Notes under the pieces: model-generated
Databases searched by the model: none
What the model saw: the letters and a program-made list of their open reading frames with translations, nothing else
Told to the model about the DNA's origin: nothing
Made by a program: the position numbers and the translations under genes
Origin: Neophaeotheca triangularis
Taxonomy: Eukaryota
Direction of reading: 5' to 3'
Length of the DNA stretch: 64,000 nucleotides
Assembly: GCA_054600435.1 (NCBI GenBank)
Contig: BAAIJX010000008.1
Coordinates: 558,001-622,000, forward strand
Part shown: positions 12,573 to 26,196 of the stretch, one piece after another
How positions within the stretch are numbered: position 1 is the first letter of the stretch
Layout: each line of letters begins with the position of its first letter

Positions 12573-13776
12573 CTTTCCAGCAGCAATTTACTATTGTCTT
12601 GCTAACCAGATTAGCTCCGACTTCTGACTTGGTATGGATCGGGAGCTGCTGAATGCCAATGCGAGATCTGCCACAGATCTGATGCTTGGATAGCTAAGAC
12701 TTGCTTGGTTGTCTCGCTTGGCCTGTTTACACCCAAGATGGAGAAGGCCGGATGGCGAACGATGAATCCTTTTTTGTCGGGGTTCAAGAGACACGACCAA
12801 GCTCATGTGATAACACGATACCTCGCGGGTTACTCGTTTTTTTGGGCGTAAGGCATTGTTGTGAGGTGCGATGGAAATGTATGACGACAAGTCATGGCGA
12901 ACCTTAGGTGTACAAGAAAGCGAAGCGTGAAGATTTGAGGCTTGGTTACGATATCATCGCCTTGGCAGTTTTGCGGGTTTCCTCTTGGCCCGCTCAGTGG
13001 GACGAGCTTGGCGGTAGATCAAAACATCTTGTCAGGTGGTTTTGCTGAGCCCAGCAATAATTCTTTGGTCAAGGAGCATGAGGCTATTCTCTACCCCTCT
13101 TCTAACAGGAGGTAGGTATGCCATCGTAAAAGGTTGGGTGGTGCGTTGCGAGCGCATGGAGCCCAGGCAACCCAGCTATGTTCGGCCTTGTCAGCAAGAC
13201 ATTCCCGCTTCGACCGATGGCAGCCGAAGGAAAATGTCGCGGCAGGTCAAGCGAGCGTCGTTGCCTACAGCAGCACAGGTCTTTTCCACAACGAATCTCA
13301 CCACGAATACTTCTTCTTTCTCAAGGTTCTCCTTCCTTTTCCTTCCCTTCATAGTACCATAGGTCAGCAAACTTTCACCGGATCGTCTATCTGGGTAGTC
13401 TCACCCAATGTGGCATGCATTCCGGTACCTCGACATCGGCTCCAGGACCTCCATCAAGGCTACCGGATCTTCCTCCGACTAGGATGGCCCATATCAATAC
13501 TAGGCTTTCACCCCTGCCGACGGTTGCCCTCAATCAAATTTCCTCTCGGGCAGCAACATGTCAGCCGACTTTGTCGCCCCGGCTCGGTAGGGAAGGACCG
13601 CAAGGAGGACTTGATTGATGGCCTGCTCTTGCAAACTCTGGTCTATCGACGGCTTAACAGAACGCCCCTTGACTCTTTCGACGCGAGGGTAAGCTTCTTC
13701 GCGGCTCAAGTTACAGCGCAGAGTATCGGCGCATGAGATGGCTGAATTCATGTGATGGTAGATACAGCTATCGGCG

Positions 13777-14547
13777 ATGCCTTTGCCCTCCCTTTCAATC
13801 GTTCGGTCCAACCATCTCACTGAAGTTGAACGGTCTTGGGTAAGAAACAGTCAAGGCCGTGTCAAAGCGATATTTGACCATGGCGCCCTACTTCAAGTTG
13901 AAGTAGAAAATTACGACAACACACCTTTTAGCCGAAAGTACCGCTTGAAGTCACTCGATCTAGGCATGCCGCCGCTACTGCTCTTCGCTTCTGGATATGA
14001 AATTCTCCCTAGATTGATGCATGAAACAGCGAACGCGGTTGCTACGAACTATATTGCTTCAACCGCGAATACCGCCCAAGGTTCGGATTTGATTCGGGAG
14101 CGCTCGAGGACGGAGAGTAGCGTAGAGAGTTCTTCGTCTCTGCATGGCGATAAGCTGGCAGACCGCCAGCGATGCTACCCTCCCAGAGTCCCTACATACT
14201 ATGCCCGGAGCGTCGAACCAACGACTCCACCGCCGGCGACGGCTGCCCTGAAGAGATCCCTGCGCCGACAGACAACCTTGGGTAGCGCTGTCAGGTACGC
14301 ACCAGCTGCGGAAGTGTACCTGACAGAGGAAAGCAGGGAGATACGGTTCATGCAGCACGAGATGGAGAAATGTCGCGTGAACAGCTGTCGTAACTTGCAC
14401 ACCCACGCATACTGCACCTCGGCCTCGCTTGTAGATGCTCAAACGCTGCGAAGAGCCAATCACATGGCTCGGGCTCTTCCCCACGATCTTGGCTTGACAG
14501 GCTCTCTACCCGCAGGTTTACGTTTGACTTCGACACTACTACGGTGA
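13777..14547 (+). CDS. Hypothetical orphan protein, possibly with an upstream exon
   Basis: 256-aa ORF; a GTAAGC...TAG intron at 13689-13761 would join it in frame to an upstream open frame; no family recognised. Confidence 0.3.
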   Translation: MPLPSLSIVRSNHLTEVERSWVRNSQGRVKAIFDHGALLQVEVENYDNTPFSRKYRLKSLDLGMPPLLLFASGYEILPRLMHETANAVATNYIASTANTAQGSDLIRERSRTESSVESSSSLHGDKLADRQRCYPPRVPTYYARSVEPTTPPPATAALKRSLRRQTTLGSAVRYAPAAEVYLTEESREIRFMQHEMEKCRVNSCRNLHTHAYCTSASLVDAQTLRRANHMARALPHDLGLTGSLPAGLRLTSTLLR

Positions 14548-15853
14548 TTGGAACATGCAGCAATAATTAATACTACCTTGGCAACTGCATGATTTGCACT
14601 CTCCCTTCCTCAAGAAGTAGGTGAATGTTCCTGCGCTATCTCTTAGTGTTCGCACGCGCGACTCTCCTAGCGAACCTTATCAGCGTGCTATGGTCGGCCG
14701 GCGGCGGGCCTGCGCTCTGTCTTGTCCTCCTGCAAAAGAACAACCACATGCACGCAGGGCATGCATCGAAGCAGAAGGAACCGAGCGCGTGCGGAGAAAT
14801 TTACATTCGGCCCGCTCCTGTGAGATAAGGTACGGGCCTGCATACCACGGGTTTTCGACTGTAAGTGGTCAATCGGTGTCAGCGTAGCACATCATCTGGG
14901 TATCTTTCCTCCCTCCATGGCCTCGAAGATCTGCAAATCACGGGACGGACGGGAGAGCATGGCGTGTCTCAAGGCAAGCCATATCGTCTGGCTTTGGAGT
15001 CTAAGGTCTTTGTTGGGTCGAACAGCTGCCACTCGACGAGCGCCAGCACGCCAAGGCGTGCCTGAGACTGCCGTTGATGCTTCGATAATCGCACGCTTTG
15101 AACAATCTCTTGCACAACCAATCATCTTCCTAGCGCCGTCTTAAGAGATGGCTTATACTAGCATGCGTCCACAACCTGGCTTCACTAATTACCTGCAGCT
15201 TGAGGATAGCCCGCGCTTTCACGCCAACAGTTGTACTCACCGGGCAGTATGACCTGCTTGTCGCCTCCTTGGGCCGGCAGGCTTGCTGTTGCCGAAGTCC
15301 ACTTTCATTCAGCCCTGGGACGTTTCCTTCGACGATCCCTGGCATCAATCAACCAAGACACGGCCCATGCTAACGCTTGTGGGTAATCCAAGAACAAAGA
15401 GCTTCACGCCTTCTTCGCCCTAGTCATGCATCGCCAGCAACATTATCTCTTGGACGAGCTGGAGATTATACCTCTGGGCAAATTGCCAATGAGGGCGCTA
15501 CAAGACCTAGTCTTTGTTTTTGATAATGGGACATGCACACCTTCCCTTCTTGGGGATATCTCCTTCGTCATGTGCTGCTACCCATGGTTGGTGGAAGGAC
15601 TAAGGTCCTGATACATCCAAGCGATCGACTGAATGCAACCATGGACGGAGCAATATGGTCGCCAGCACATGGCGGACTTGCTCGACTGATGAACTCGACG
15701 TCTATAAGAAGGGGCAGCTCCTCGTCCAAAGTTTGAATTCCAGCAGCCACCAAGCCAGCAAGAAGTTGAACTCGCTCTTGTCCTCTATTCAAGGAATACC
15801 ACTCGCTCAGAAATCATCACTCGTTCAGAACACCCCGTTCGCTTTATCTCAAC

Positions 15854-17230
<1,377 letters not shown>

Positions 17231-17900
17231 AGTGGATTTGATGGGTTTAGATGGGAATGATTACGTTCGATAGCCGGAATCCCACAAGGGTGCTTGGATT
17301 AGGGGTTTGATGAAGGATGGATGATGCTTTCGATTTACTTTCTTCTTGGGTCGCAGGTTGTCGATAAGTTTTCATATCTGTGTCAAAGTCATTGCAAGGT
17401 GTAAAAGTCCATCTTGTCATGTTATCAACAACGCGAGTGTTCTTTCCGTCATGAGCTTCGCGCACGTCTCGGTACCGAAAGTGCCCTGATGCGCGACCAC
17501 ACTACTTCCCGCAGCTCCCACCGCTCGGCGACTTCGTTGAATAGAGAAATAATACCTTGCGGATGTACTCGAATAACCTCTGTATTCCTTTACCGTGTGC
17601 GACCCTCAGTATATTTGTGCGACGTGCTCGGAGGCTTTGATAGGGTTCGAGTTTGAGTGGCAAGTCTGAGAAACCTCCAGCATTATGAAATACCACCGTG
17701 TTGATGACAACTCTGTGAAGGATCTCAGTAATGCGGATGCGGAACTACTAGTTTGTGCTCGGAGAACCAAAAGATACAGTGTTTTCAGGGAGTACTTCGT
17801 TCGCGGAGCATGGACAATTGACAGGCTTAGGGATGCATCCTGACCCACATGCTGGAATGTTTTAACATTATGATTAATTTTACACATTGTTTCCGTATCA

Positions 17901-17996
17901 GCCGGGGTAGCTCAATCGGTAGAGCGTGTGGCTCTTAATGAATCATTAGATTCAGAGATTACCTCAAGGTCGTGGGTTCGAGCCCCACCTTCGGCT
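17901..17996 (+). tRNA. tRNA-Lys (anticodon CTT) with 23-nt intron at 17938-17960
   Basis: Cloverleaf: acceptor GCCGGGG/CTTCGGC, D arm GCTC/GAGC, anticodon 17934-17936, GGTTCGAG T loop; T-run terminator at about 18001. Confidence 0.93.
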
Positions 17997-20900
17997 TCTC
18001 TTTTTGTCCTTTTATTCTCCCAATTTCGGAACGACGCTGGACGAACGGTGTACATCTCTATGCTTTTACTTTTTGCGCTCCAGCTTCTTCTGGAAACGAG
18101 AGGTACAACCTGACAATGAGATGTATGTTTTTGCAAAGATCATGCACCATGAGTGCTGCGTACATCCACTGCCAGAGACGGCAGGGGACAAACAAATTGT
18201 CCGTCCGCCTACGAGTCGGACTATGCGGAAGCTTAGAGCACCGATCCTAATATCAACGAGATCCTTACTTATCCCGACTTGCCCGACTGTATTCCGATTT
18301 TGAGGTGCTGATTTATTTTTTGGAAATGGCAGTTCGATCCGGTACTTCCGAGGCAATCGTGCCACCGAGACAGGCGATCTCCTTGCATACTGCACCTGCA
18401 GGCCAGTGGGAGGTCGGCGTTTAGGAACGGAGGAATGATAACAAAGCAGCCATCCCTGTGTTAAGACCTCCTATCGCCGCGCGTTCCATAAGTCGACGTC
18501 GGTCTGTATGCATACCTATATACCGCCTTTGTGCTACCCAGGCGAGCTAGGGTTGAACAATATCATCGCTTCGCTACGGAGGTATAAGCCAAGCCATCCA
18601 TCAGCTCTGTCCCGACATCAGACCTCCAAAAAGCTTCGAGTACCACGACCTAAGTCCACACACATGAGAAAGGCATCACCACGAAAACCTCCCCGTCAGG
18701 CAAAAATAAAAGTAAATAAAAAAGTCAAGACTGCAGATCCGGCGGCAAGCGGCATTGAGCGCAGAATGCACATGTTCAGCATCTTGACAAAGCACCGCCG
18801 CAAGAGCACCGACAGCGGCACCGCGAGCAGTCTCAAGTCTTCGCACTCGTCGCCCGACCGAGACTTGCTGGACGCGACTCTGCCCATCGCTCCCCGCGAC
18901 GACGACGACAACATGATGTCCAAAGCGCGCGAGATGCGGTTGCTTTCAAAGTGCAAGCGACGAGCGGCGGCCGAGAGCGGCAAAGCCATGGCGCAGGGTG
19001 GATGATGGGTAGGATGAGCAGCCGCGATGCATACCTACTGTGGTGCGATGGCACTGGGCTGGAAGCAGCTTTTTGAGCTGTCGAGCCCGGACAGCGAGCT
19101 GTAGGGCCAGGTTGCCGGTGACTTTTTGCGAAACCCATGCTCGCGAGTCCGGTGGCATGGTTTCCTCTTCAGTGTACGAGTGGATGGGCTCGTGTTCCGC
19201 ATAAGTAACGTCAATTGTGCCCTTTTTACGACTGAAGAGCTCTTTCGACGGTGCCTATGCCAATCAGTAGTGTGCAGCGTGCAGATGTTTTTTTGGGATG
19301 ATCTCATGCTTCTTTGATGGACGTTTTGAAGAGCCCGGGATGCTGTCGACGGAGTTGCTCGGTACGTTTGAGCAGGCGCGAATTGCATGTTAGGGACAGA
19401 CTTTGAAGTCGCTTGTTAGTAACTTAGGGGAAGACGGTGCTTGGGGGGGGGGGCGTTTCAAGAGGGGTCGGAAGGATGTATGTCTCAGTGTTGCTTTTCC
19501 AGACTAGGCAGGGAGGAGACAGGTGGTTGGCATGATGTAACGCAGTAGCGAAGGATTTGTTGGAAGAAGACGAATTGCTGACTACTTTTCTTCGTCAGCG
19601 TTTCGCTCTCTCTTGAAACGCCATGTGCTGATGGCTTGCGATTGGAGCTTAGTTGGCTGTGGAGAGCGGTGGAGTAGAGCCTGCGGTGATTTGGAGGTGG
19701 AGCCTGGAGTTCAACATCGAGGCGTCGTAGTCAATTATTAATGGCTCTCGATATCGTAAAGGTTGTCCCGAGCATGGCCAGCAAATGTTCTAGTCTGTCT
19801 GCTAGGCATATGGCCAAGTGTTAGTAGTAGCCATGGTAGCTCTTTAGTCGTAGCTACAGGAGCAACTCATGCATAAGGTGTCGTTATCTATATACGTGGT
19901 ACTATTTTTCGATAGGGGTATAGTACTATGTAGTATTATAGATACCTACTACAGGTACGGCACTACCTTATGAGAAACTTGAGGCGGAAGACGGCAGCGT
20001 TTTGGATTTCGTGATCGACGCGCAATGCTTCGCCTGGGCGAGACAGCGGGAGGCGCCGTGATAGAGAAAGTCGCGGCCGAGAAGGGCTTGGACTACTACT
20101 AGAGTAGTATAGTCGGTCCGCCACGCGTGTGCATTAGCCAGCCCAAACGACAACACATCTACTCTACCACAAGGTCCACAACCCTTTACAACCTAACGTT
20201 AATAATAATATCTTCTTAATTTCTTACGCAACGGAGCTCGCTCTCAGCATACAGACCGAGCACCTTCTGACTTCTGCCCGCTCTGCCCTCATGCAGATTA
20301 GCACACCATACTCGTCAACACCCCCTCCCCCTCCCCCTAGCTCCTCCACGCTTCCCTATCCTAAATTCCTCCCACGCCACGCCCTCCTCCGCCGAAATCC
20401 CATTCGATAGCCCCACTCTCACAATGCACGGCGCTCGAGCTTCGACGGCTGTTTTCGTATCGACATGTGGGCTCCTTTTGCAGTCAATCGCCCGGGTTGG
20501 ATACCAGTGCTTCGATCGATCCATGATAATAATAAGTTGGGCTTCACCCCCCTCGATTCGTATATAGGCGCCGATGCTACCCCATGGCAATTCTCTGAGA
20601 CGGTAGGTAAGGGACAAAAAAGTCTCGACCTCTTTCTCACTCACTTTTCCTCAAGTCTGCAGATACATCCGCCTGCCAACAATACCGCCGAAGCTTATCT
20701 CATACCACCACTCTCCACAGATAGGAGGGTAGGGTACGTTGACCGCTCTCGAGTCATACTACCGCAGTCTCTGTGCTACCTCTATGTAAGTGTTCGGCCT
20801 GCTTTTGTTCTTGTCACCCATCACGGTATCCGATCTTGTAAGCTCACACAGGGACATCATATAGCTCTGCGACCTTCTCGCCAGGACGTCCCGAGACTTA

Positions 20901-21089
20901 CCTACCCGCGCACGGCTTCTTCGTACTACATTCCTGCTCCCCGCCCAGCCGTGCCCAGCGCCCAACGTAGATACCGACTAACGACCTCTTCGAATCGATC
21001 ATCGGTCCCTTATCAGTATCAAACCGATCAACGTTCTTGGGTCAGGATAGCAGCGTTGGAACCCGACGTCGACTTCCTCGCCGCGGCCA

Positions 21090-22297
21090 ATGGCCTCCCA
21101 CAACCGGTCACAATCACAAGGTCGGAAGCAATTGCCGGCCCACGCACGAGCCTCGAAGCCACCGCCGCTACATCGTAATCGTCATAGCTATAACCATGGT
21201 CATGGCCATGGACATGGGCATGGACACGGGCATACGGCGGGCTCGACGAGGCCAGGAGGGGGTTTGAACAAACGGCACAGCAATACTGTAGTACCGCAAC
21301 GACCGAAGCCGAAGGAGCAAGAGGAGGAGGAGGAGGACGACGACATGGCGAGCTTCCTCCAGTTTTGGTATGCTTTTCGGTAGTGAGGGTGCAGCAGTCG
21401 GCCGAACTGACCGAACGATAGCACGACCTGCGAGAAGCAAATCGTAACCCCGGACAACACCATCCTTTACTGCTCGGAGTCGTAAGTCGAGAGTCGAACG
21501 AGTCATCTTCCCGATCGCAAAAGCTAACAAATCTCTCCAGATGTCGAAGGAGAGACGCCTCCAAGCCTCCCCACAACTCCCTCCAATCACCCCCAATCAC
21601 TCCCTCATCCATTGCCGACTCGAACTCCTACTTCGACATACCCACCACAGACATCATGCCCCAAAAGTCCCCAACAGTCCTCCGCCCCCCCACCTCAGCC
21701 TTCTCCGACCTCTCCCTCTCGCAACCGAGCTCCCCAGAAGACCGTCCACCCGCCGGCTTTGGCCGTCGCGACTTCCCCGAAGCCACCGACTACCTATCCC
21801 AATTCCACGCCACGAGCGCGCCGCTGCAAGCCCCCCACCGCGCCCGCAACAACAGAAACTCGGCCGACAATTCGAACCTGCCGTCGCTCATCCACTCGCC
21901 CTCGTCCTCGTTCGGCACCGCCGCCTCCGTGGCCTCGACCCGCCCCCAGATCCCCTCGCGCTCCAACCCGCTCTACTCCTCCTTCCACAACGCCACCAAA
22001 TCCATCGATCTCGTCAACCCCTTCCTCCCCACCAGCGAGCAGCAGCTCCCCTCCTCGGCGAGCGCGGCAGATAGCGCGGGTAGTCTCAAGAGCGGGGCGA
22101 GCGTGCAGACGGCTTTCCGCGTCGTCGAGAGCGAGGATATGTCGTACGAGAAAAGAGCTAGCGGGAGTCGGAACCAGGACGGGGCGGCGAGTTTGAAGAA
22201 CTTGTTTGGCGAGGCTATTCGTGGCTTGCCCAAGGAGCCGGTGAGGTTGCGAAGGGCTTCGGAAGTTGGGACTGCGGAGGGGAGTTCGGGGTGGTGA
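21090..22297 (+). CDS. Ecl1-like (life-span regulator) Cys4 zinc-binding protein
   Basis: Introns 21368-21421 and 21482-21540 give FCTTCEKQIVTPDNTILYCSESCRRRD, continuing in frame into ORF 21656-22297; start could instead be ATG 21345. Confidence 0.8.
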
Positions 22298-22607
22298 TAT
22301 GTGTGTGTTGGAACTTTTTTCCTTTATTTTGTTCCGACTTACGTGTAGCGAGCGTGGTGCTAGCTAGCATGGGCTGGGATTAAAAGCGAGCGTGGCTTTT
22401 GAACTTACCGAGGCGTTTTCGGGGGCGAAGAAAAATAACAAGGGCATGGGATCGCATTGGCGTTTAATTTTGGGCAGGAAAGTCGCGCCTTGCGAGGCCG
22501 CTGACGGGTATATACCTTTGACGCATTGTTTCCAAGCATCCACCACCACTTCGGTCTAAGTTAGATATCACTGAGCATCAAAGCCTATGACGACCAACGG
22601 AAGTATC

Positions 22608-24101
22608 TCAGAGAGAACCGCGGCGCTCGGCAGAAAGGGAAGCAGCGGCGCCGTTCTTGTCTGCCTTGCGCTGCTCGATGCTCGACTTGCTAGTCTCTGC
22701 CGTCGTCTCCACATCGTCGGTGTACGGGTTTTGAGGACCCGGCTTATTGTCCACCGTCTCGCCTTCGTCCAAGTAAGCTCGCGCCAGCCGTCGCTGATCC
22801 ACGCGCCTGCGCCAAGGAATGTAAAGAACGGCCGCCAGGGCGCCGAAGACCACAAAAGACCCACAGATGGAAGCGCCGATGATGTCGTAGTGGTCGCCCG
22901 CGGCTTCGACGCCGCGCCAGAAGGGACCGTGCAGTTTGGGCGCGACGCTCAGGATGAGTGTGAGGAGCTGGATCACGCCCACGATGAGCGCCACGACCAC
23001 GGTGATGGCCGTCAGGACGCATTGGTAGTACAGCACAGCTATGGAGTCTTTGGCTAGGCGCGCGGAAGTGTAGAGACTCATCATGGCAGCGCCGTCGGTG
23101 GTGTCCAAAAGGCACATGCCGGCCGTGAAGAGGATGGGGAAGATGAGAATCAGCCAGACGGAAGTGCCCTTGGCCGCCTGGATGGAGGAAATGCCCAGTA
23201 GTGCGATTTCGGAAGACGTGTCGAAACCGAGGCCGAACAGCACGCCCAGCGGGTACATCTTCCACGGCCGGTCGATGAGCTTGAACATTTTCTTGAGCAG
23301 GTGGAACATGCATCCGCCGCCCTCGAACTTGAGCTCTGGGGTTCGCTGACCAATGGGTGTGGCTGTGGCGGCTTGCAATTGTCGATAGAGCCGGAGCAAA
23401 ATGTAAGCGTTCATGAGGCCTAGAACGATCAGAAATGCTGAAGATACGGAGGAGCCGATGATGCCGCCGACTTCTGAAAAGGGCCCAAAGCGGTCTGATA
23501 TGGCTGCTGAAGACGCGGCGACGACTATGGAGGTGATGATGACGATCGTGGAGTGACCCAGGGAGAAGAAAGTTCCAACGGACACCGGTTGCTGGCCAGC
23601 TGCGACGAGACGCCGGGTCATCAGGTCAATCGCAGAGATGTGATCTGCATCAAGGGCATGTCGAAGGCCCAGAGTGTAGGCCAATACAGCTGTCGAGACT
23701 AAGCGTGGGTGGAAGTGCAACACGATGGCACTAGCGATCCATACCAGGACGTTTACGATTAGCAAGAGGGCAATGATGGCCACCGCAGCTCCTGGCAATC
23801 TTCGCAGTAAAGGCGTCCGTTCATGATATTGCTTGGCCTTCGCGAGCATACCAGTCGTTGGTAGTTGTCCAAGCGTCCCTTCTTCATCCATGTCTGAATC
23901 GTGCGACGTGTCCGCTAGCAGTTGGTGGTCTTGCGCGCACTCTGCTTCGCAAAACGTTGGTGCTGCGATTCCCAGCCAGTTGTCGGTGTTTGCTGTGGTC
24001 TTGATAAGAGAATCTTCCAAGTCTGCCAGTGGGGTTTCGATTGGTGGGGCTTGAACAGCAGTGGGGCGTCGCAGCTGGCCGTATCGTCGGCTTGTCGCCA
24101 T
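22608..24101 (-). CDS. High-affinity nickel/cobalt permease (NiCoT/NicO); true start may be a downstream Met
   Basis: Signature RHALDADHISAID, FFSLGHST and LFGLGFDT. Confidence 0.95.
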   Translation of the reverse strand: MATSRRYGQLRRPTAVQAPPIETPLADLEDSLIKTTANTDNWLGIAAPTFCEAECAQDHQLLADTSHDSDMDEEGTLGQLPTTGMLAKAKQYHERTPLLRRLPGAAVAIIALLLIVNVLVWIASAIVLHFHPRLVSTAVLAYTLGLRHALDADHISAIDLMTRRLVAAGQQPVSVGTFFSLGHSTIVIITSIVVAASSAAISDRFGPFSEVGGIIGSSVSSAFLIVLGLMNAYILLRLYRQLQAATATPIGQRTPELKFEGGGCMFHLLKKMFKLIDRPWKMYPLGVLFGLGFDTSSEIALLGISSIQAAKGTSVWLILIFPILFTAGMCLLDTTDGAAMMSLYTSARLAKDSIAVLYYQCVLTAITVVVALIVGVIQLLTLILSVAPKLHGPFWRGVEAAGDHYDIIGASICGSFVVFGALAAVLYIPWRRRVDQRRLARAYLDEGETVDNKPGPQNPYTDDVETTAETSKSSIEQRKADKNGAAASLSAERRGSL

Positions 24102-24110
24102 TAAGGCACC

Positions 24111-25656
24111 TCAAATCGGCATCGACGTGGACCCCCTAGAAAATTTAGCATACTTTGCGACACAAAGACTGGCGTTGGTGCCTCCAAATCCAAAGCTGTT
24201 GGTGAGAGCTGCCTTGACTTCGCGTTCTTGCGGGTGATTTGGCACATAATTACAATCGAATTCGTTTCCGGCTTCTATGTTTCCAGGTCCCGAAGCATCC
24301 CCAGCTCGATTGAGGTTTATGGTAGGAGGTAGGACGTTCTTCTCTAGTCAGATAGATTTTTGCAAAGACAGTTGAAGGTAAACTTACATCGCGAACAGCC
24401 AGAATGGAAAAGATTGCTTCGACGGCTCCAGCGGCGCCTAGCAGATGACCCATGGCACCCTTGGTACTACTGATGTTGATATCTGCACTGCTCTGCTTGC
24501 CGTGCTCACCCAGCATCAGTTGCTTGATTGCTCGATTCTCAGCGGCATCGCCCAGTCGAGTAGAAGTAGCGTGGGCGTTGATGTAGTCTATGCCTCCGGG
24601 CGGGATGGCCGCATGGCCGAGTGCACGTTTCATAGCTAGGTATGGCCCGTAACCATCAGCTCTAGGGGCTGTCATGTGGTGTGCATCTGAAGACAAGCCG
24701 TAGCCTTTGATTTCGGCGTAGATGTTGGCGTTTCGTGCTTTGGCATGCTCGAGCTCCTGATTCGTATGTCAGTGTGTGCCTAGGAGACATCGAGGAACAA
24801 CTAACCTCAAGCACTACTACTCCTGCACCCTCGCCAATGACAAATCCTGCCCTCTGCACGTCGAAGGGTCTTGAAGCCAGCTGAGGTTGGTCGTTCCAGT
24901 CTGTAGCTAGACTTCTGGCTCGTGCAAACCCAGCGATCGCAAGAGGATGTATGCATGATTCTGCTCCTCCTGCCACCATCACATCCGCATCGCCGAACGC
25001 AATGAGACGGGCAGCGTCTCCGATAGCATGGAGACCGGTAGTGCAAGCGGTCGTTGCGGCGTGGTTAGGCCCTTTAAAGCCATAGCGTATGGAAATGTGA
25101 CCAGCTGCGAGGTTGATGAGTAGGCGCGGGACAAACAAGGGTGAGACTTTGCGGTAACCGCCTTCATGGAAGGCGACAGAAGTGTTGTACGCTTCATCAA
25201 GGTTACCGATGCCTGAGCCGATGGTGACGCCTGTGGCCTCCAAGTCTTCCTCGGAGGTCGGATGCCAGCCAGCATCGTCAAGAGCTTCTTGCGCAGATGC
25301 TACAGCATACTGAGCAAAAAGAGCCATTTGTCGCTCGTCCTAGGCGATCGTAAGCATCGGATACGAAGTGTTAATGGCCTGGTACCTACGCTGGCTGGTA
25401 GCCAATCCTGAGCTTGCCATCTGCCATGTTGTCGTGAGCCCAATGGCACGCAGCCGGCGACTTTACTTGGTAGAGCCTGGAAACCATCGCCCTTGTCGCG
25501 CGTGGAGACGACACCAGAACGGCTTTCCAGGAGGCGCTGCCATGTCTGCTTGATGCCTGTTCTAGTTAGCCAGGGACCACGTTTTGATTGATGCGTTGAC
25601 GTACCAGCGGCAAGAGGAGTAACGGCACCGAGACCAGTCACTACGACTCTTCTCAT
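24111..25656 (-). CDS. CEM1: Mitochondrial 3-oxoacyl-ACP synthase
   Basis: [36 protein letters not shown] and NSFGFGGTN; 4 introns. Confidence 0.93.
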
Positions 25657-26108
25657 AGCGACACACGACAGAAAATTATCGACCTAGATTTAAAAAGGTG
25701 ATGTATCCATGTATGAAAACGAACTCCGTCCCGTCCGTATACTTATATGCAGGCAGCAGGCGGCAGGCAGTCCGTCCGTGCAGGCAGCTGCGATTGGATT
25801 CGACATTTTGAATTTGTATAGAAAAGACTGTAATAAGAACATGTCGAGGCCAAGAAGATGACCGAACGAGTATACAACACAAACCGAGTCCTTGAGAGGA
25901 TCTATCCACTCCGTCTAGAGCACCCGTTTCATAATGTAGAGTTGTTGTATTCATTTCACTAACGGTTACCGTCACGTGTTTCTCTCTCTGCAACGCGACC
26001 AAAGCACGCTAGTAAAGCTTATGGCGGCATAGCTTCACGCTTCCAGAATCTCGCATTGAGACTCTACCTGAACATTCCTACGACACTCTCCTCTTCCGCA
26101 ACCTAGTT

Positions 26109-26114
26109 ACGCGT
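26109..26114 (+). promoter_or_regulatory. Putative MCB element (ACGCGT) upstream of PDS5
   Basis: Exact MluI box about 85 nt before the ATG, plus ACGCGA near 25993; cohesin genes are typical G1/S MBF targets in yeasts. Confidence 0.35.
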
Positions 26115-26196
26115 TTCCAGAGACCGCAGCGCCGAGGACGATAGTCTTCCACTGCTTGATCTTCTAACTCGGAGACAACGTCCCACACATGTCAGT

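Noticed and set aside
15050..15110. CTGAGA...TTGAT...GATAAT resembling a TPP aptamer
   Set aside because: Lacks the P4/P5 closing sequence, and no thiamine gene or intron is nearby
18300..20400. Possible telomerase RNA or other long ncRNA
   Set aside because: No TAACCCTAA-type template or recognisable snRNA/SRP motifs found by eye
20465..21178. 237-aa ORF upstream of the Ecl1-like gene
   Set aside because: No motifs or coding-like composition; probably promoter or 5' UTR sequence
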